From: Amphiscolops sp. MND2022
Taxonomy: Eukaryota
Length of the DNA: 64,000 nucleotides
Assembly (NCBI GenBank): GCA_964187785.1
Contig: OZ076409.1
Coordinates: 46,998,001 to 47,062,000 of the forward strand
Reading direction: 5' to 3'
Shown here: in pieces, positions 63,301 to 64,000 of the stretch
Position numbering within the stretch: position 1 is the first letter of the stretch
Layout: the number at the start of each line of letters is the position of its first letter
Position numbers and translations under genes: made by a program
Notes under the pieces: model-generated
Told to the model about the DNA's origin: nothing
What the model saw: the letters and a program-made list of their open reading frames with translations, nothing else
Databases searched by the model: none

Positions 63301-64000
63301 ATAGCTCTTCCTTTGCATCAACTGGGGCAAGCTGAGATCTTCGAAACTTGGAGGACTCTGGACTCCGAAGGGGCTGTACGGGCTCTGATTTGATCAACTG
63401 GACAATCCGTCTTTACACCCAGTACAATTGATCAGTTCTGGTCTGGTGGAGAGGGGAAATTATCTGCCGACTTGATCTCCACGCCAGTACCGGATGAATG
63501 CAAGTAAGAAGACCCCATCTTCGACGAACTCGACTGAGTATTCACCGTTGGCGTTGACGTGAGAACCGATGTCTTCGGTGATCTCATGGAACATGTGGTG
63601 CAACAGTACCAAATTAAGTGAAAAGAATTTGTAGGTTTGGAAACTTCAGCTCTAGGGACACTCCCATGGGGGTACTCTAAGAGTAAGGGGAACAAATAGG
63701 ACATTGAAAGCATACTTACAGTCGAACGTTTTCCCCCGGTTGAAGTCGGTAAACATAGCTTGGTGTTTACGATAACACCGACGTCGCTCCAAATTGTCTT
63801 CTGGAACTCGAGGTCGCCGTAAATGGGCAGAAACTTTCGAAGAACAGATAATTGCACCCGGGACCTGTTGTCGGACGAGGAAGACATATAGTCCATTCCA
63901 GACTTATATTCGTCGTAGAACGGCAATTTCTGACCGATCTCCAACAACTCGGCTTTGATGTATTTGGAATGTTCGAGCTCCAACTGATAGACGTTGAGTA
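63301..64000 (-). pseudogene. Decayed antisense accessory gene of the older element (homologue of exons 4-5 of the 50456-54510 gene)
   Basis: YIKAELLEIGQKLPFYDEY...QLSVLRKFLPIYGDLEFQKTIW aligns with FLSRPFVDLGGEFPFPEDM...LVSSLSDVLRSGGDFTLVRRLW. Donor GTAAGT at 63719. Next piece EYSVEFVEDGVFLLAFIRYW aligns with EYSLQYEKDTEVERCFVLFW. Confidence 0.72.

Overview
AT-rich animal genomic DNA with spliced genes and dense repeats; it is not prokaryotic. Host genes: the last two coding exons of IBA57 (+), whose final intron holds a nested two-exon orphan gene (-); a complete five-exon NELF-A gene (+), with a probable GC-AG first intron and decayed C-type-lectin-like exons antisense in intron 2; and a two-exon PLAC8/cornifelin-family gene (-). 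Repeats: many HINE/DINE-1-like non-autonomous elements, piggyBac-like, MULE-like and foldback MITEs, a ~180-bp tandem array and two decayed LINEs. The main feature is a young 16.6-kb Ty3/Gypsy element (46704-63295, - strand) with 2.35-kb LTRs about 99% identical, TSD ACGTT, a PBS, gag starting inside the LTR and a -1 frameshift/pseudoknot into pol. Its 3' internal region carries a seven-exon antisense gene (~1109 codons, zinc finger plus hAT-transposase-like segments) and a divergent sense ORF3 that runs into the LTR. The element sits inside an older related Gypsy remnant whose antisense strand holds a divergent homologue of the same spliced gene with matching intron positions. This suggests a retrotransposon lineage that stably carries an intron-containing accessory gene. 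Homology calls are by-eye motif recognition; no searches were run.
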